DNA from: Candidatus Ruthturnera sp. Tsphm01 | Lineage (GTDB): Bacteria; Pseudomonadota; Gammaproteobacteria; PS1; Pseudothioglobaceae | Assembly: GCA_030142985.1 (NCBI GenBank) | Contig: CP125320.1 | Span: 3,639-67,638, forward strand | Direction: 5' to 3' | DNA length: 64,000 nucleotides | In this document: positions 43,080 to 52,080 of the stretch, in pieces | Numbering within the stretch: position 1 is the first letter of the stretch | How the letters are laid out: each line of letters starts with the position of its first letter | The notes under the pieces: generated by a model | The model's input: the letters and a program-made list of their open reading frames with translations, nothing else | What the model was told of the DNA's origin: nothing | Database searches by the model: none | Translations under genes and position numbers: made by a program

Positions 43080-46000
43080 ATGAGAGATTTATTAAAAATT
43101 CATAAGTTAGAGCAAAAAGAGCAAGATTTTGATGCAATTAGAGTTGGACTAGCTTCTCCTGAGAAGATTCGTTCATGGTCATACGGTGAAGTTAAAAAGC
43201 CTGAAACTATTAATTATCGTACGTTTAAGCCTGAAAGAGAAGGTTTATTTTGTGCCAAAATATTTGGACCTATGAAAGACTTCGAGTGTTTGTGTGGTAA
43301 GTACAAGCGCATGAAGTTTCGCAATGTTGTGTGTGAAAAATGTGGGGTTGAAGTAACGTATTCAAAAGTTCGTCGTGAACGTATGGGTCATATTGAATTA
43401 GCAGCACCAGTTGCACATATTTGGTATTTAAAGTCTTTGCCTTCGCGTTTGGGGTTGTTAATGGATATGACACTCAAGGATATTGAGCGTGTGCTTTATT
43501 TTGAAGCATTCTTAGTGACTGATCCAGGTTCAACGCCACTCGTGCATAAACAGTTATTAACTGAAGAGATGTATTTTGACGCGCTAGATGAATATGGCGA
43601 TGATGAGTTTGAAGCGAAAATGGGTGCAGAGGCCATTCAAGATGTCTTATCTGATATGAAACTTGAAGTTGAGGCGGTTAATTTACGCGAAGATAGTCTG
43701 AACACAAAGAGTCAGACCAAGCTTAAAAAATATAACAAACGTCTTAAACTGGTTAATTCATTAATTCAATCTGGCAACAAGCCTGAGTGGATGGTATTAA
43801 AAGTACTACCAGTTCTTCCGCCTGATTTACGCCCTTTAGTGCCATTGGATGGTGGTCGTTTTGCAACCTCAGATCTTAACGACTTATATCGTCGCGTGAT
43901 TAACCGTAATAATCGTTTAGCACGTTTATTAGAGCTTGATGCACCTGAAATTATTGTTCGCAATGAAAAGCGTATGTTACAGGAGGCAGTAGATTCACTC
44001 ATTGATAATGGTCGTCGCGGTCGTGCTGTGATGGGTAATAATCGTCGTCCTTTGAAGTCTATATCAGATATGATTAAAGGCAAGCAAGGGCGCTTCCGTC
44101 AAAACTTGTTGGGTAAGCGAGTTGATTATTCAGGTCGTTCGGTGATTGTTTGTGGTCCTTATCTTAAGTTGCACCAATGTGGTTTGCCTAAGAAAATGGC
44201 ATTAGAATTATTTAAGCCATTTATTTATAATAGATTACAAGCTAAAGGTTTGGCCTCAACTATTAAAGCTGCTAAGAAAATGGTTGAAAGTGAATCACCA
44301 GAAGTGTGGGATATCTTAGAGAAAGTCGTACATCAGCACCCAGTATTACTAAACCGCGCACCAACATTACACCGTTTAGGTATTCAAGCATTTGAACCAC
44401 TATTGATTGAAGGCAAAGCCATTCAGTTGCATCCACTTGTGTGTGGTGCATTTAATGCTGACTTTGATGGTGACCAAATGGCAGTGCATGTGCCTTTATC
44501 TGAAGAGGCACAATTAGAAGCAAGAACATTAATGTTGGCGTCTAATAATGTATTACACCTTGCCAGTGGCGAACCTATTATTGTGCCTTCGCAAGATGTT
44601 ATCCTAGGTCTTTATTACATGACTCGTGAGATGATTAACCAAAAAGGTGAAGGGCTAATTTTCGCAAATGCAATTGAAGCGCTTAATGCTTATGAGTCTG
44701 GCAATGTTACTTTGCATGCCAAGGTTAAACTACGCATTCAAGATTATCAAAAGGTTGATGGTAAATTTAAACCAAGCACTAAACGTATTGTTGATACTAC
44801 AGTAGGTCGTGCAATTTTTTCAAGAATTTTGCCAAATGGTTTGTCGTTTGACTTAATCAATGAAGCTATTAGTAAAAAAGTAGTTTCTAATTTGATTCAT
44901 GTTTGCTACCGTACGCAAGAACTAAAGAAAACGGTTATGTTTGCTGATCAAATGATGTACATGGGCTTCCAATATTCAACCAAATCAGGTATTTCATTTT
45001 GCTCAAATGATATGATTATTTCAGATTCTAAAGCTGAGATGATTGAACAGGCAGAAGTTCAAGTTAAAGACATTCAGGAACAATTTTATAAAGGTATTGT
45101 GACTGATGGTGAGCGCTACAACAAGGTGATTGATATTTGGTCACGTACTTCTGAAAAAGTGGCAAAAGCCATGATGGATGAAATTGGTTTTGAAAATTTC
45201 ATTGATGCTGATGGCAAGACTCAAAAACTTGCTTCGTTTAACTCGGTTTACATGATGGCTGATTCAGGCGCAAGGGGTTCTCCTGCACAAATGCGTCAGT
45301 TATCAGGCATGCGCGGATTAATGGCAAAGCCAGATGGGTCAATTATTGAAACGCCAATTACATCAAACTTTCGTGAAGGTTTGAACAACATGCAGTACTT
45401 TATTTCTACACATGGTGCTCGTAAAGGTTTGGCTGATACAGCTCTCAAAACAGCAAACTCTGGTTATTTAACCAGGCGTTTGGTGGATGTCGGACAAGAC
45501 TTGGTTATTACTGAAGATGATTGTGGTACCGACAATGGTCTGATTATGAAAGCAGTGATTGATGGTGGTAATATTGTACAAACCTTGGGTGCAGCAACAT
45601 TAGGTCGGGTGATCGTAGAAGACATATTAATACCAGATTCAACAGAGATATTTTTAGAAAAAAATCATTTAGTTTCTTTGTCTGATTCAGATAAGATTAA
45701 TGAATTAGGTATTGAGTCGATGAAAGTACGCTCAACTATCACTTGTGATACACGCTATGGTGTATGTTCATCATGTTATGGTAACGATATGGCACGCGGT
45801 CATAAAATTGGTGTTGGTGAAGCGATTGGCGTTATTGCGGCACAATCCATTGGTGAGCCAGGTACGCAGTTAACCATGCGTACTTTCCATATTGGTGGTG
45901 CTGCATCTGCTTCTACTGCAGTCAGTAGTGTTAATGTTAATACGGATGGTGCTGCACATTTTGAAAACTTAAAATCTATCACCAATGAAAATAATGATTT

Positions 46001-47267
46001 AGTGGTTATTTCTCGTTCTTCTGAGGTGACTATTCGTAATAACAAAGGCCAAGAGGTTGAACGTTATAAAATTCCTTATGGTGCGATTGTATATGTGCAA
46101 GAAGGCGGTAAGGTTAAAGCAAGAGACAAGATTGCTGGTTGGGATCCGCATACGCATCCTATTATTTCTGAACAAGCAGGTCGTGTGATTTTTGTAGATT
46201 TTGTTGAAGGCGTGACGGTTAATAGAAATAGCGATCCATTGACAGGTTTAACTTTCTTTGAGATGATTAATGAAGCCGAAAGATCAACGGTAGCAAAAGG
46301 ACTAAAGCCGCTTATTAAAATGGTTAAGGAAAGTGATTCTGAGGTTGTGCTATCAACACATTATCTACCATCAACTGTTAAGATTACTTTAGACGACAAT
46401 CAAGTGATTGCAGCAGGCGAAGTATTGGCTAAAATCCCTAAAGATTTGTCTAAAACAAGTGATATTACGGGTGGCTTACCCCGTGTTGCTGATTTATTTG
46501 AAGCGCGCAAAGCTAAAGATCATTCAATTCTTGCAGAAGCAACTGGCGTCATTAGTTTTGGTAGTTCTACCAAATCTAAAGACCGTCTAATTATTACCAG
46601 TGCAGAGGGTGAAGTCATTGAAATGATGATTCACAAATGGCGCCAAATTAATGTGTTTGACGGTGAAACGATTGAAAAAGGCGACGTAATTTCAGATGGT
46701 CCATCTAACCCGCATGATATCTTACGTCTATTGGGTGTTGAGGCATTGGCTAATTATGTTGTTAAAGAAGTTCAGAACGTTTATCGCTTACAAGGTGTTA
46801 ATATTTCTGATAAGCATATTGAAGTGATTGTTAAACAAATGCTGCGTAAGGTTGAGGTTCTTGATGCAGGTGATTCATTATTTGTTAATGGTGAAACCGC
46901 TGAATATGGTCGAGTCATTGAAACCAATAAGCAATTAAAATCACAAGGTAAAGACTTAATCATCTATCAAAGATTGTTAATGGGCATCACTAAAGCATCT
47001 TTGGCGACTGAGTCATTTATTTCTGCTGCTTCGTTCCAAGAAACAACTCGTGTGTTAACAGAAGCTTCAACAACAGGACGTGTAGACACACTTCAAGGTT
47101 TGAAAGAAAACGTAATTGTAGGTCGATTGATTCCAGCAGGCACAGGTTTTAAGCATCATCAAAAGCGTCGTGCTCAATATGTTGCAAGCATTACGCAAAC
47201 AGTTGATGCGCAGCAGGAATTGGCTGATCAATTAAACGAAGCAGAGGAGCAAGCACAAGAGGGGTGA
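43080..47267 (+). CDS. rpoC: DNA-directed RNA polymerase beta' subunit
   Basis: Zn-finger [20 protein letters not shown] and the catalytic [12 protein letters not shown] motif; 1395 aa. Confidence 0.98.
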   Translation: MRDLLKIHKLEQKEQDFDAIRVGLASPEKIRSWSYGEVKKPETINYRTFKPEREGLFCAKIFGPMKDFECLCGKYKRMKFRNVVCEKCGVEVTYSKVRRERMGHIELAAPVAHIWYLKSLPSRLGLLMDMTLKDIERVLYFEAFLVTDPGSTPLVHKQLLTEEMYFDALDEYGDDEFEAKMGAEAIQDVLSDMKLEVEAVNLREDSLNTKSQTKLKKYNKRLKLVNSLIQSGNKPEWMVLKVLPVLPPDLRPLVPLDGGRFATSDLNDLYRRVINRNNRLARLLELDAPEIIVRNEKRMLQEAVDSLIDNGRRGRAVMGNNRRPLKSISDMIKGKQGRFRQNLLGKRVDYSGRSVIVCGPYLKLHQCGLPKKMALELFKPFIYNRLQAKGLASTIKAAKKMVESESPEVWDILEKVVHQHPVLLNRAPTLHRLGIQAFEPLLIEGKAIQLHPLVCGAFNADFDGDQMAVHVPLSEEAQLEARTLMLASNNVLHLASGEPIIVPSQDVILGLYYMTREMINQKGEGLIFANAIEALNAYESGNVTLHAKVKLRIQDYQKVDGKFKPSTKRIVDTTVGRAIFSRILPNGLSFDLINEAISKKVVSNLIHVCYRTQELKKTVMFADQMMYMGFQYSTKSGISFCSNDMIISDSKAEMIEQAEVQVKDIQEQFYKGIVTDGERYNKVIDIWSRTSEKVAKAMMDEIGFENFIDADGKTQKLASFNSVYMMADSGARGSPAQMRQLSGMRGLMAKPDGSIIETPITSNFREGLNNMQYFISTHGARKGLADTALKTANSGYLTRRLVDVGQDLVITEDDCGTDNGLIMKAVIDGGNIVQTLGAATLGRVIVEDILIPDSTEIFLEKNHLVSLSDSDKINELGIESMKVRSTITCDTRYGVCSSCYGNDMARGHKIGVGEAIGVIAAQSIGEPGTQLTMRTFHIGGAASASTAVSSVNVNTDGAAHFENLKSITNENNDLVVISRSSEVTIRNNKGQEVERYKIPYGAIVYVQEGGKVKARDKIAGWDPHTHPIISEQAGRVIFVDFVEGVTVNRNSDPLTGLTFFEMINEAERSTVAKGLKPLIKMVKESDSEVVLSTHYLPSTVKITLDDNQVIAAGEVLAKIPKDLSKTSDITGGLPRVADLFEARKAKDHSILAEATGVISFGSSTKSKDRLIITSAEGEVIEMMIHKWRQINVFDGETIEKGDVISDGPSNPHDILRLLGVEALANYVVKEVQNVYRLQGVNISDKHIEVIVKQMLRKVEVLDAGDSLFVNGETAEYGRVIETNKQLKSQGKDLIIYQRLLMGITKASLATESFISAASFQETTRVLTEASTTGRVDTLQGLKENVIVGRLIPAGTGFKHHQKRRAQYVASITQTVDAQQELADQLNEAEEQAQEG

Positions 47268-47290
47268 TATCAACTTTTACTTAAAAATAA

Positions 47291-47327
47291 AAAAACCGCA
47301 TTAATCAAAATTGATGTGGTTTTTTTA
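47291..47327 (+). terminator. Rho-independent terminator after rpoC
   Basis: An ~11-bp stem (AACCGCATTAA / TTGATGTGGTT, two G-U pairs) followed by a T7 run. Confidence 0.65.
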
Positions 47328-47373
47328 TTACAAGGTTTAAAATACTTGGAATTGCTACACAAATATCTTTTAT

Positions 47374-48828
47374 ATGAATCAATCTAGTTTTAATCAATTT
47401 GCTGAACAAGGCTATAACCATATCCCTGTTTTTAAGGAAGTAGTTTTAGATACTGATACTGCATTGGGTTTGTATTTAAAACTGGCAGATACGCCTTATT
47501 CTTACCTTTTTGAATCTGTGCAAGGTGGAGAGAAATGGGGTCGTTATTCAATGATTGGCTTGAGTGCACAAACCGTCATTAAGGTATTTGGTAATGAAGT
47601 GCGCATTGAACAAAACGCACAGTTGTTTGAATCATTTGTGGTGGCAGACCCACTACTATGGATTGAGCAATATCAACAGCAATACAAAGTGCCAAAAATT
47701 GATAATTTACCAGAGTTTAATGGTGGTTTGGTGGGTTATTTTGGTTATGAAATTATTCACTATATTGAACCAAAATTAAAACATACCAAACAAAAAGATG
47801 AGCTTAATATTGCGGATATTGTGCTTATGGTGTCTAATGATTTAGTGGTATTTGATAATTTAGCTAATAAAGCTTTCTTAATGACGCATATTGATCCTGC
47901 CAAGCAAAATTTTGAAGATGCACAATTAAAGTTAAGTGAAATCGAACATCAGATTAAACAACCTTTAATTAAAAAAGATTATCAATCTGATCATCTTAGT
48001 AGTTCAGATTTTATCTCTAGTTTTGGCGAGAAAAACTATAAAGCTGCCGTTGATACTATTCAGCAATATATTAAGGCTGGCGATGTTATGCAGGTGGTAC
48101 CTTCACAAAGACTTAGTGCAACATTCAAAGCGCCGCCAATTGAGTTATATCGACAACTTAGACGCCTTAATCCATCGCCTTATATGTATTATCTTAATTT
48201 GGATGATATTATGATTATTGGCTCTTCGCCAGAGATTCTCACGCGTGTAGATAGCAATAGACGTGCAACCGTTAGACCTATGGCAGGCACTCGTGCGCGT
48301 AGTAAAAACCATGCCCAAGATTTAGCACTGGAGCAAGACTTGTTGAGTGATGAGAAAGAAATTGCAGAGCATTTAATGTTGATTGATTTAGGTCGTAATG
48401 ATTTAGGTCGTATTGCAAAAACTGGCACAGTTAAATTGACTGATAAAATGTTTGTTGAGCGCTATTCACATGTGATGCATATTGTATCGAATGTTGAATG
48501 CGAGCTTAAAGATAGTGTGAGTGTGATTGATGTTTTAAAAGCAACCTTTCCAGCAGGCACACTCAGTGGCGCACCCAAAGTACGAGCAATGGAAATTATC
48601 AATGAAGTTGAGCCTTTAAAACGCAATATTTATTCAGGCGCAATTGGCTATTTATCTTGGCATGGATGTATGGATATGGCAATTGCTATTCGCACTGCTG
48701 TAATTAAAGACCAAATACTTTATGTTCAGGCTGGAGCAGGTATTGTTTATGATTCTATAGCACAATCAGAGTGGGATGAAACTATGCATAAATCTCAAGC
48801 ACTTATTAAGGCTGCACAGCAAGTTTAA
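47374..48828 (+). CDS. trpE: Anthranilate synthase component I
   Basis: 484 aa. Chorismate-binding C-terminal half with GTLSGAPKVRAMEII and IAIRT motifs. No trpG/D follows. Confidence 0.92.
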   Translation: MNQSSFNQFAEQGYNHIPVFKEVVLDTDTALGLYLKLADTPYSYLFESVQGGEKWGRYSMIGLSAQTVIKVFGNEVRIEQNAQLFESFVVADPLLWIEQYQQQYKVPKIDNLPEFNGGLVGYFGYEIIHYIEPKLKHTKQKDELNIADIVLMVSNDLVVFDNLANKAFLMTHIDPAKQNFEDAQLKLSEIEHQIKQPLIKKDYQSDHLSSSDFISSFGEKNYKAAVDTIQQYIKAGDVMQVVPSQRLSATFKAPPIELYRQLRRLNPSPYMYYLNLDDIMIIGSSPEILTRVDSNRRATVRPMAGTRARSKNHAQDLALEQDLLSDEKEIAEHLMLIDLGRNDLGRIAKTGTVKLTDKMFVERYSHVMHIVSNVECELKDSVSVIDVLKATFPAGTLSGAPKVRAMEIINEVEPLKRNIYSGAIGYLSWHGCMDMAIAIRTAVIKDQILYVQAGAGIVYDSIAQSEWDETMHKSQALIKAAQQV

Positions 48829-48848
48829 GTGGAAAAAACTAACTAAAA

Positions 48849-48875
48849 AGTTTTGCACTTATGATGTGAATTCAA
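48849..48875. repeat. Solo IS30-type terminal inverted repeat
   Basis: agttttgcacttatgatgtgaattcaa matches the reverse complement of the left IR at 28041-28067 at 26 of 27 positions. No adjacent IS sequence remains. Confidence 0.6.
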
Positions 48876-49048
48876 GGGTTATAAAACACGGATACTACGT
48901 TAAATTTTTTTCTAGAAGTTTAGAATATTATAATATAACGCTTTAATAAAAGAGTTGCAAAGTGTTTTTAAGTGCTATATCATTCTTTTTGTCAAGGTTT
49001 AATACATTGTTAAGGAATTTATTTTTTTTATATAAAGAGGAGAGAAAC

Positions 49049-49396
49049 ATGAAGAAAACCATTTCTTCTATCTCGGTAGTTGTGACATTGGCAACATTAT
49101 TTATAATGCCAACACAAGCAGGTGCTAAAGAGATGACGAACGAAGAGGTAACTTTCGATCGTAAGTTAGGCAATTGTTTAGGATGTCACATGATTCCAGG
49201 TGGTAACCTACCAGGAACAGTTGGACCACCACTACTTGCAATGAAAGCAAGATTTCCGAATAAAGCTGATTTAAGAGAGCAAATTTGGGATGCAACTATT
49301 AAGAATCCACATTCAATGATGCCTCCATTTGGTAAGCATCAATCGTTAACTGAAAAGCAAATTGATCAAATTACAAATTACATTTATTCAAAATAA
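49049..49396 (+). CDS. soxX: Sulfur oxidation monohaem cytochrome c SoxX
   Basis: ATG at 49049 after aagaggagag. Signal peptide, single CLGCH haem site, 115 aa, first gene of a soxXYZA cluster. The ORF-track start at 48962 is rejected. Confidence 0.85.
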   Translation: MKKTISSISVVVTLATLFIMPTQAGAKEMTNEEVTFDRKLGNCLGCHMIPGGNLPGTVGPPLLAMKARFPNKADLREQIWDATIKNPHSMMPPFGKHQSLTEKQIDQITNYIYSK

Positions 49397-49406
49397 GGAG
49401 AGCAAG

Positions 49407-49850
49407 ATGAAAAGAAGGTTATTTTTAAGAAGTGCAATGGCAGGTTCTGCAGTTGCCACAGCGATAGGTGCAGGCTTACTAACACCAAGCATGGTTTTTG
49501 CTAATTCTTCAAGTTTTAAGACTCGGTCAGATGCAGTCACTGCTTCCCTAACAGATGCTGGTCAAGGTTCATTCAAATTCAAAGCACCTAATATTGCTGA
49601 GAATGGTGCAGTAGTGCCAATGACGGTAGATGCTTCTAAAATTAAAGGCGTAACAAATATTTCTTTTTATATTAAGAATAACTTTACTCCTTTAGCAGCT
49701 TCATTTAATTTATCTGGCGCTCAAGGTTATGTCTCTACTCGTGTTAAGATGGTTAAGACTTCTCCAGTGATAGCATTAGTGACAGCGGGCGGCATAACAA
49801 CCTCTAAAACTCAAGAAGTCAAGGTAACGATTGGCGGCTGTGGCGGTTAA
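49407..49850 (+). CDS. soxY: Sulfur carrier protein SoxY
   Basis: Tat-type signal MKRRLFLRSAMAG and the hallmark C-terminal GGCGG. ATG at 49407 after aaggagag. Confidence 0.92.
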   Translation: MKRRLFLRSAMAGSAVATAIGAGLLTPSMVFANSSSFKTRSDAVTASLTDAGQGSFKFKAPNIAENGAVVPMTVDASKIKGVTNISFYIKNNFTPLAASFNLSGAQGYVSTRVKMVKTSPVIALVTAGGITTSKTQEVKVTIGGCGG

Positions 49851-49882
49851 TTAACTAATCATATTAAAAGGAGAATATAAAA

Positions 49883-50185
49883 ATGGCAAATATTAAATTA
49901 AAGCCCAAGGCTAGAAAAGGTGTTATTGGCATTAAATGCTTAATTAAACATCCTATGGAGACAGGATTGCGTAAGAAAAAAGGTAAAATCGTACCAGCTA
50001 ATCATATTGAAAATATGGTCATATTACACAATGGTAACAAAATTGTAGATGCTGATATCGGTAGTTCAATTTCTAAAAACCCATATTTTAAGTTTAACGT
50101 TTCTGGTAAGAAAGGTGATTTAATTAAACTTAAATACAAAGACAGTAAAGGTAAAACAGGCTCTATGACTGTAAAATCTAAGTAA
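49883..50185 (+). CDS. soxZ: Sulfur compound chelating protein SoxZ
   Basis: 100 aa, IKHPMETGLRKK motif, immediately after soxY. Confidence 0.92.
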   Translation: MANIKLKPKARKGVIGIKCLIKHPMETGLRKKKGKIVPANHIENMVILHNGNKIVDADIGSSISKNPYFKFNVSGKKGDLIKLKYKDSKGKTGSMTVKSK

Positions 50186-50214
50186 CTGTTTATATAATTA
50201 CTGAGGAGAGATTA

Positions 50215-51030
50215 ATGAAAAAACTAATAACCACAGTGGCTAGTTTGGGTTTGTTGGTTGGTGTAGCATCAGCTGATGTTGCATCCGACCAAAAAGACTT
50301 TATTAACCACTATAAATCAATTCTTCCAAATGTTGAATTTGCAGATTACACTAATGGTGTATATGCGGTTGATCAAGGCTCAAGAGATCAATTTGAAGAA
50401 ATCTTAGACGGTATTCCTCCTTATGAGGGGGCGGTGGAGAAGGGCGCTAAGGAGTATTTGAAGTTTGGCCTTAACAAGTGTACTTCGCTTAAAGATCCAG
50501 CAGAAGCTCGTGTTAAACACCCATACTTTGATGAGGCAACTCAGCAAGTGGTTACACTTGAAAGTGCGATTAAAAAGTGCTACCAACAACAAACTGGCAA
50601 GAAGTTAGGCTATAAGAAAGGCAGAATTGCTCGTATTAGTGCTTGGATTTCAGATCAAGCAGCTGGACAAAAGATTAATGTAAAAGTTGAGTCTGCTGGT
50701 GCTAAAGCGGCTTATGAAAAAGGTAAAACTTTCTTTTACGCTAAGCGTGGTCAGCTTAATATGTCTTGTGCAGATTGTCATGTGTATAACGCAGGTAAAA
50801 AAGTTCGTGCTGATATTCTATCCCCTGCATTAGGTCATACTACTCACGTACCTATGTATCGCGCAAAATGGGCTAGTATAGGCACACTACATCGTCGTTA
50901 TGGTGGTTGTATGAAGAATATGCGTTCCAAGCCATTAAAAGCTCAGACAGAAGCATTGCGTAATTTGGAATTTTTCCATCAGGCAATGAGTAATGGTCTT
51001 GAAATCACCGCTGATAGATACAGAAAATAG
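50215..51030 (+). CDS. soxA: SoxA cytochrome c, monohaem type
   Basis: Signal peptide, a single CADCH haem site, and conserved LHRRYGGCM containing the Cys distal ligand; 271 aa. Confidence 0.9.
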   Translation: MKKLITTVASLGLLVGVASADVASDQKDFINHYKSILPNVEFADYTNGVYAVDQGSRDQFEEILDGIPPYEGAVEKGAKEYLKFGLNKCTSLKDPAEARVKHPYFDEATQQVVTLESAIKKCYQQQTGKKLGYKKGRIARISAWISDQAAGQKINVKVESAGAKAAYEKGKTFFYAKRGQLNMSCADCHVYNAGKKVRADILSPALGHTTHVPMYRAKWASIGTLHRRYGGCMKNMRSKPLKAQTEALRNLEFFHQAMSNGLEITADRYRK

Positions 51031-51039
51031 GAGACACTC

Positions 51040-51360
51040 ATGAAAAAAGTATTATTAACAACTTTAACACTATTTGCTTTAACAGCTCAGGCTAACTCTT
51101 TAGATAGTTCGCATAACTGGAACGACGGCTCTTCTAATGCATTTAAGTTTGCTATTAAAGCGGCTGAGACTGGTTATAAAGCTAATCTTGCTGTAGATAT
51201 GGCATGGCGTGATACTGGGAAGATGATTAAAAAAGCCAAAAAATTGCATAAAGCAGGTAAAAATGCTGCGGCAATTGCTTTAGCGAATAAAGCTCATAGG
51301 CAGACAGTTAATGCAACAGCACAAACTGCGTTAGCAAGAACAGTTAGACCTAGACTCTAA
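51040..51360 (+). CDS. Small secreted basic protein downstream of soxA; candidate SoxK-like SoxAX-binding subunit
   Basis: Signal peptide MKKVLLTTLTLFALTAQA, 106 aa, begins 9 nt after soxA inside the same terminator-bounded unit. The SoxK assignment rests on position and size only. Confidence 0.6.
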   Translation: MKKVLLTTLTLFALTAQANSLDSSHNWNDGSSNAFKFAIKAAETGYKANLAVDMAWRDTGKMIKKAKKLHKAGKNAAAIALANKAHRQTVNATAQTALARTVRPRL

Positions 51361-51384
51361 GAAAAAAAATATAGTGAGTTAGAA

Positions 51385-51414
51385 AAAATACCCCAATTTT
51401 TGGGGTATTTTTTT
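51385..51414 (+). terminator. Rho-independent terminator ending the sox cluster
   Basis: AAAATACCCCA-atttt-TGGGGTATTTT followed by more T residues. Confidence 0.75.
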
Positions 51415-51429
51415 GTATATTAATTATTT

Positions 51430-51590
51430 GAGACCTTTGCATAAATATGAATAATCATCAAAACACCACCTTTCATCAACTTGGAAACTTTATAAAAATA
51501 CCCTTAGCCCTGCTAGGAGTGGATTTAGAAAATTTCCAAGTTGATAAAATTTGTTATTTTTTTAATCATCCCTATTTATGCAAAGGTCTC
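51430..51590. mobile_element. MITE-like 161-bp element with 18-bp perfect terminal inverted repeats
   Basis: GAGACCTTTGCATAAATA at 51430-51447 and TATTTATGCAAAGGTCTC at 51573-51590. An internal second inverted pair (tcatcaacttggaaa / tttccaagttgata). No ORF. Confidence 0.55.
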
Positions 51591-51616
51591 TATTTGTTAT
51601 AAAAATCTAGGGCTAA

Positions 51617-51808
51617 GATAATTTTAGAGGTGCAATCCTCCCATTTCTAACAATCGCTAAAAATAGACTGGTAAAATTTAAAAGCATGGATAAAAAAGAT
51701 GTTGTGTTACATCTTAAAGGATGTGAGTTTAGGCTCAATAATCGCAAGCAAAATTTTTATAGAATTTTGCTTGCGATTTTTAGAAAAGAGCCTTTAAAGT
51801 TATCTTAA
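51617..51808 (+). pseudogene. IS1595 (ISXO2-like) family transposase C-terminal remnant
   Basis: ...IAKNRLVKFKSMDKKDVVLHLKGCEFRLNNRKQNFYRILL resembles the conserved IS1595 C-terminus (..AKRRL.KF.G....F.LHLKECEFRFNNR..NLY..LL). Only ~63 codons are open. Confidence 0.5.
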
Positions 51809-51904
51809 CCCAAAATCTATATTGAGATTTCCAATATTTTGTTAATTAACAATAGGGGATTTTCAATAATTTTTTCTTTCTGTCTGATATATTTTGAAAA
51901 TTTT

Positions 51905-51988
51905 TAATACTTATTGAGGTTTTTGCACAAATGACTGGCAAGGACTATTTTTTAAATGGCAGTGTTGCACTTATAGGTTGAATTCGCC
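51905..51988 (+). mobile_element. IS30-family 3'-end relic including the right terminal repeat
   Basis: cttattgaggtttttgcacaaatgactggcaaggactattttttaaatggcagtgttgcacttataggttgaattcgcc parallels 28491-28558 of the IS30 derivative. Confidence 0.65.
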
Positions 51989-52080
51989 TTTTATTAAAAT
52001 AAAACCAAGTTCTTTAGAGTGGTTTATTTAGACTTGTAAAATAGGTAAGTATTTCATCAAATTTATTTTAGTTATTCTAA

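Noticed and set aside
34214-48428. Numerous 60-125-aa ORFs nested in or antisense to tuf, rplK, rplJ, rplL, rpoB, rpoC and trpE (e.g. 37879-38181 -, 38367-38738 -, 43766-44083 -)
   Set aside because: They lie inside highly conserved genes in other frames and show no motifs or start signals. These are typical spurious ORFs.
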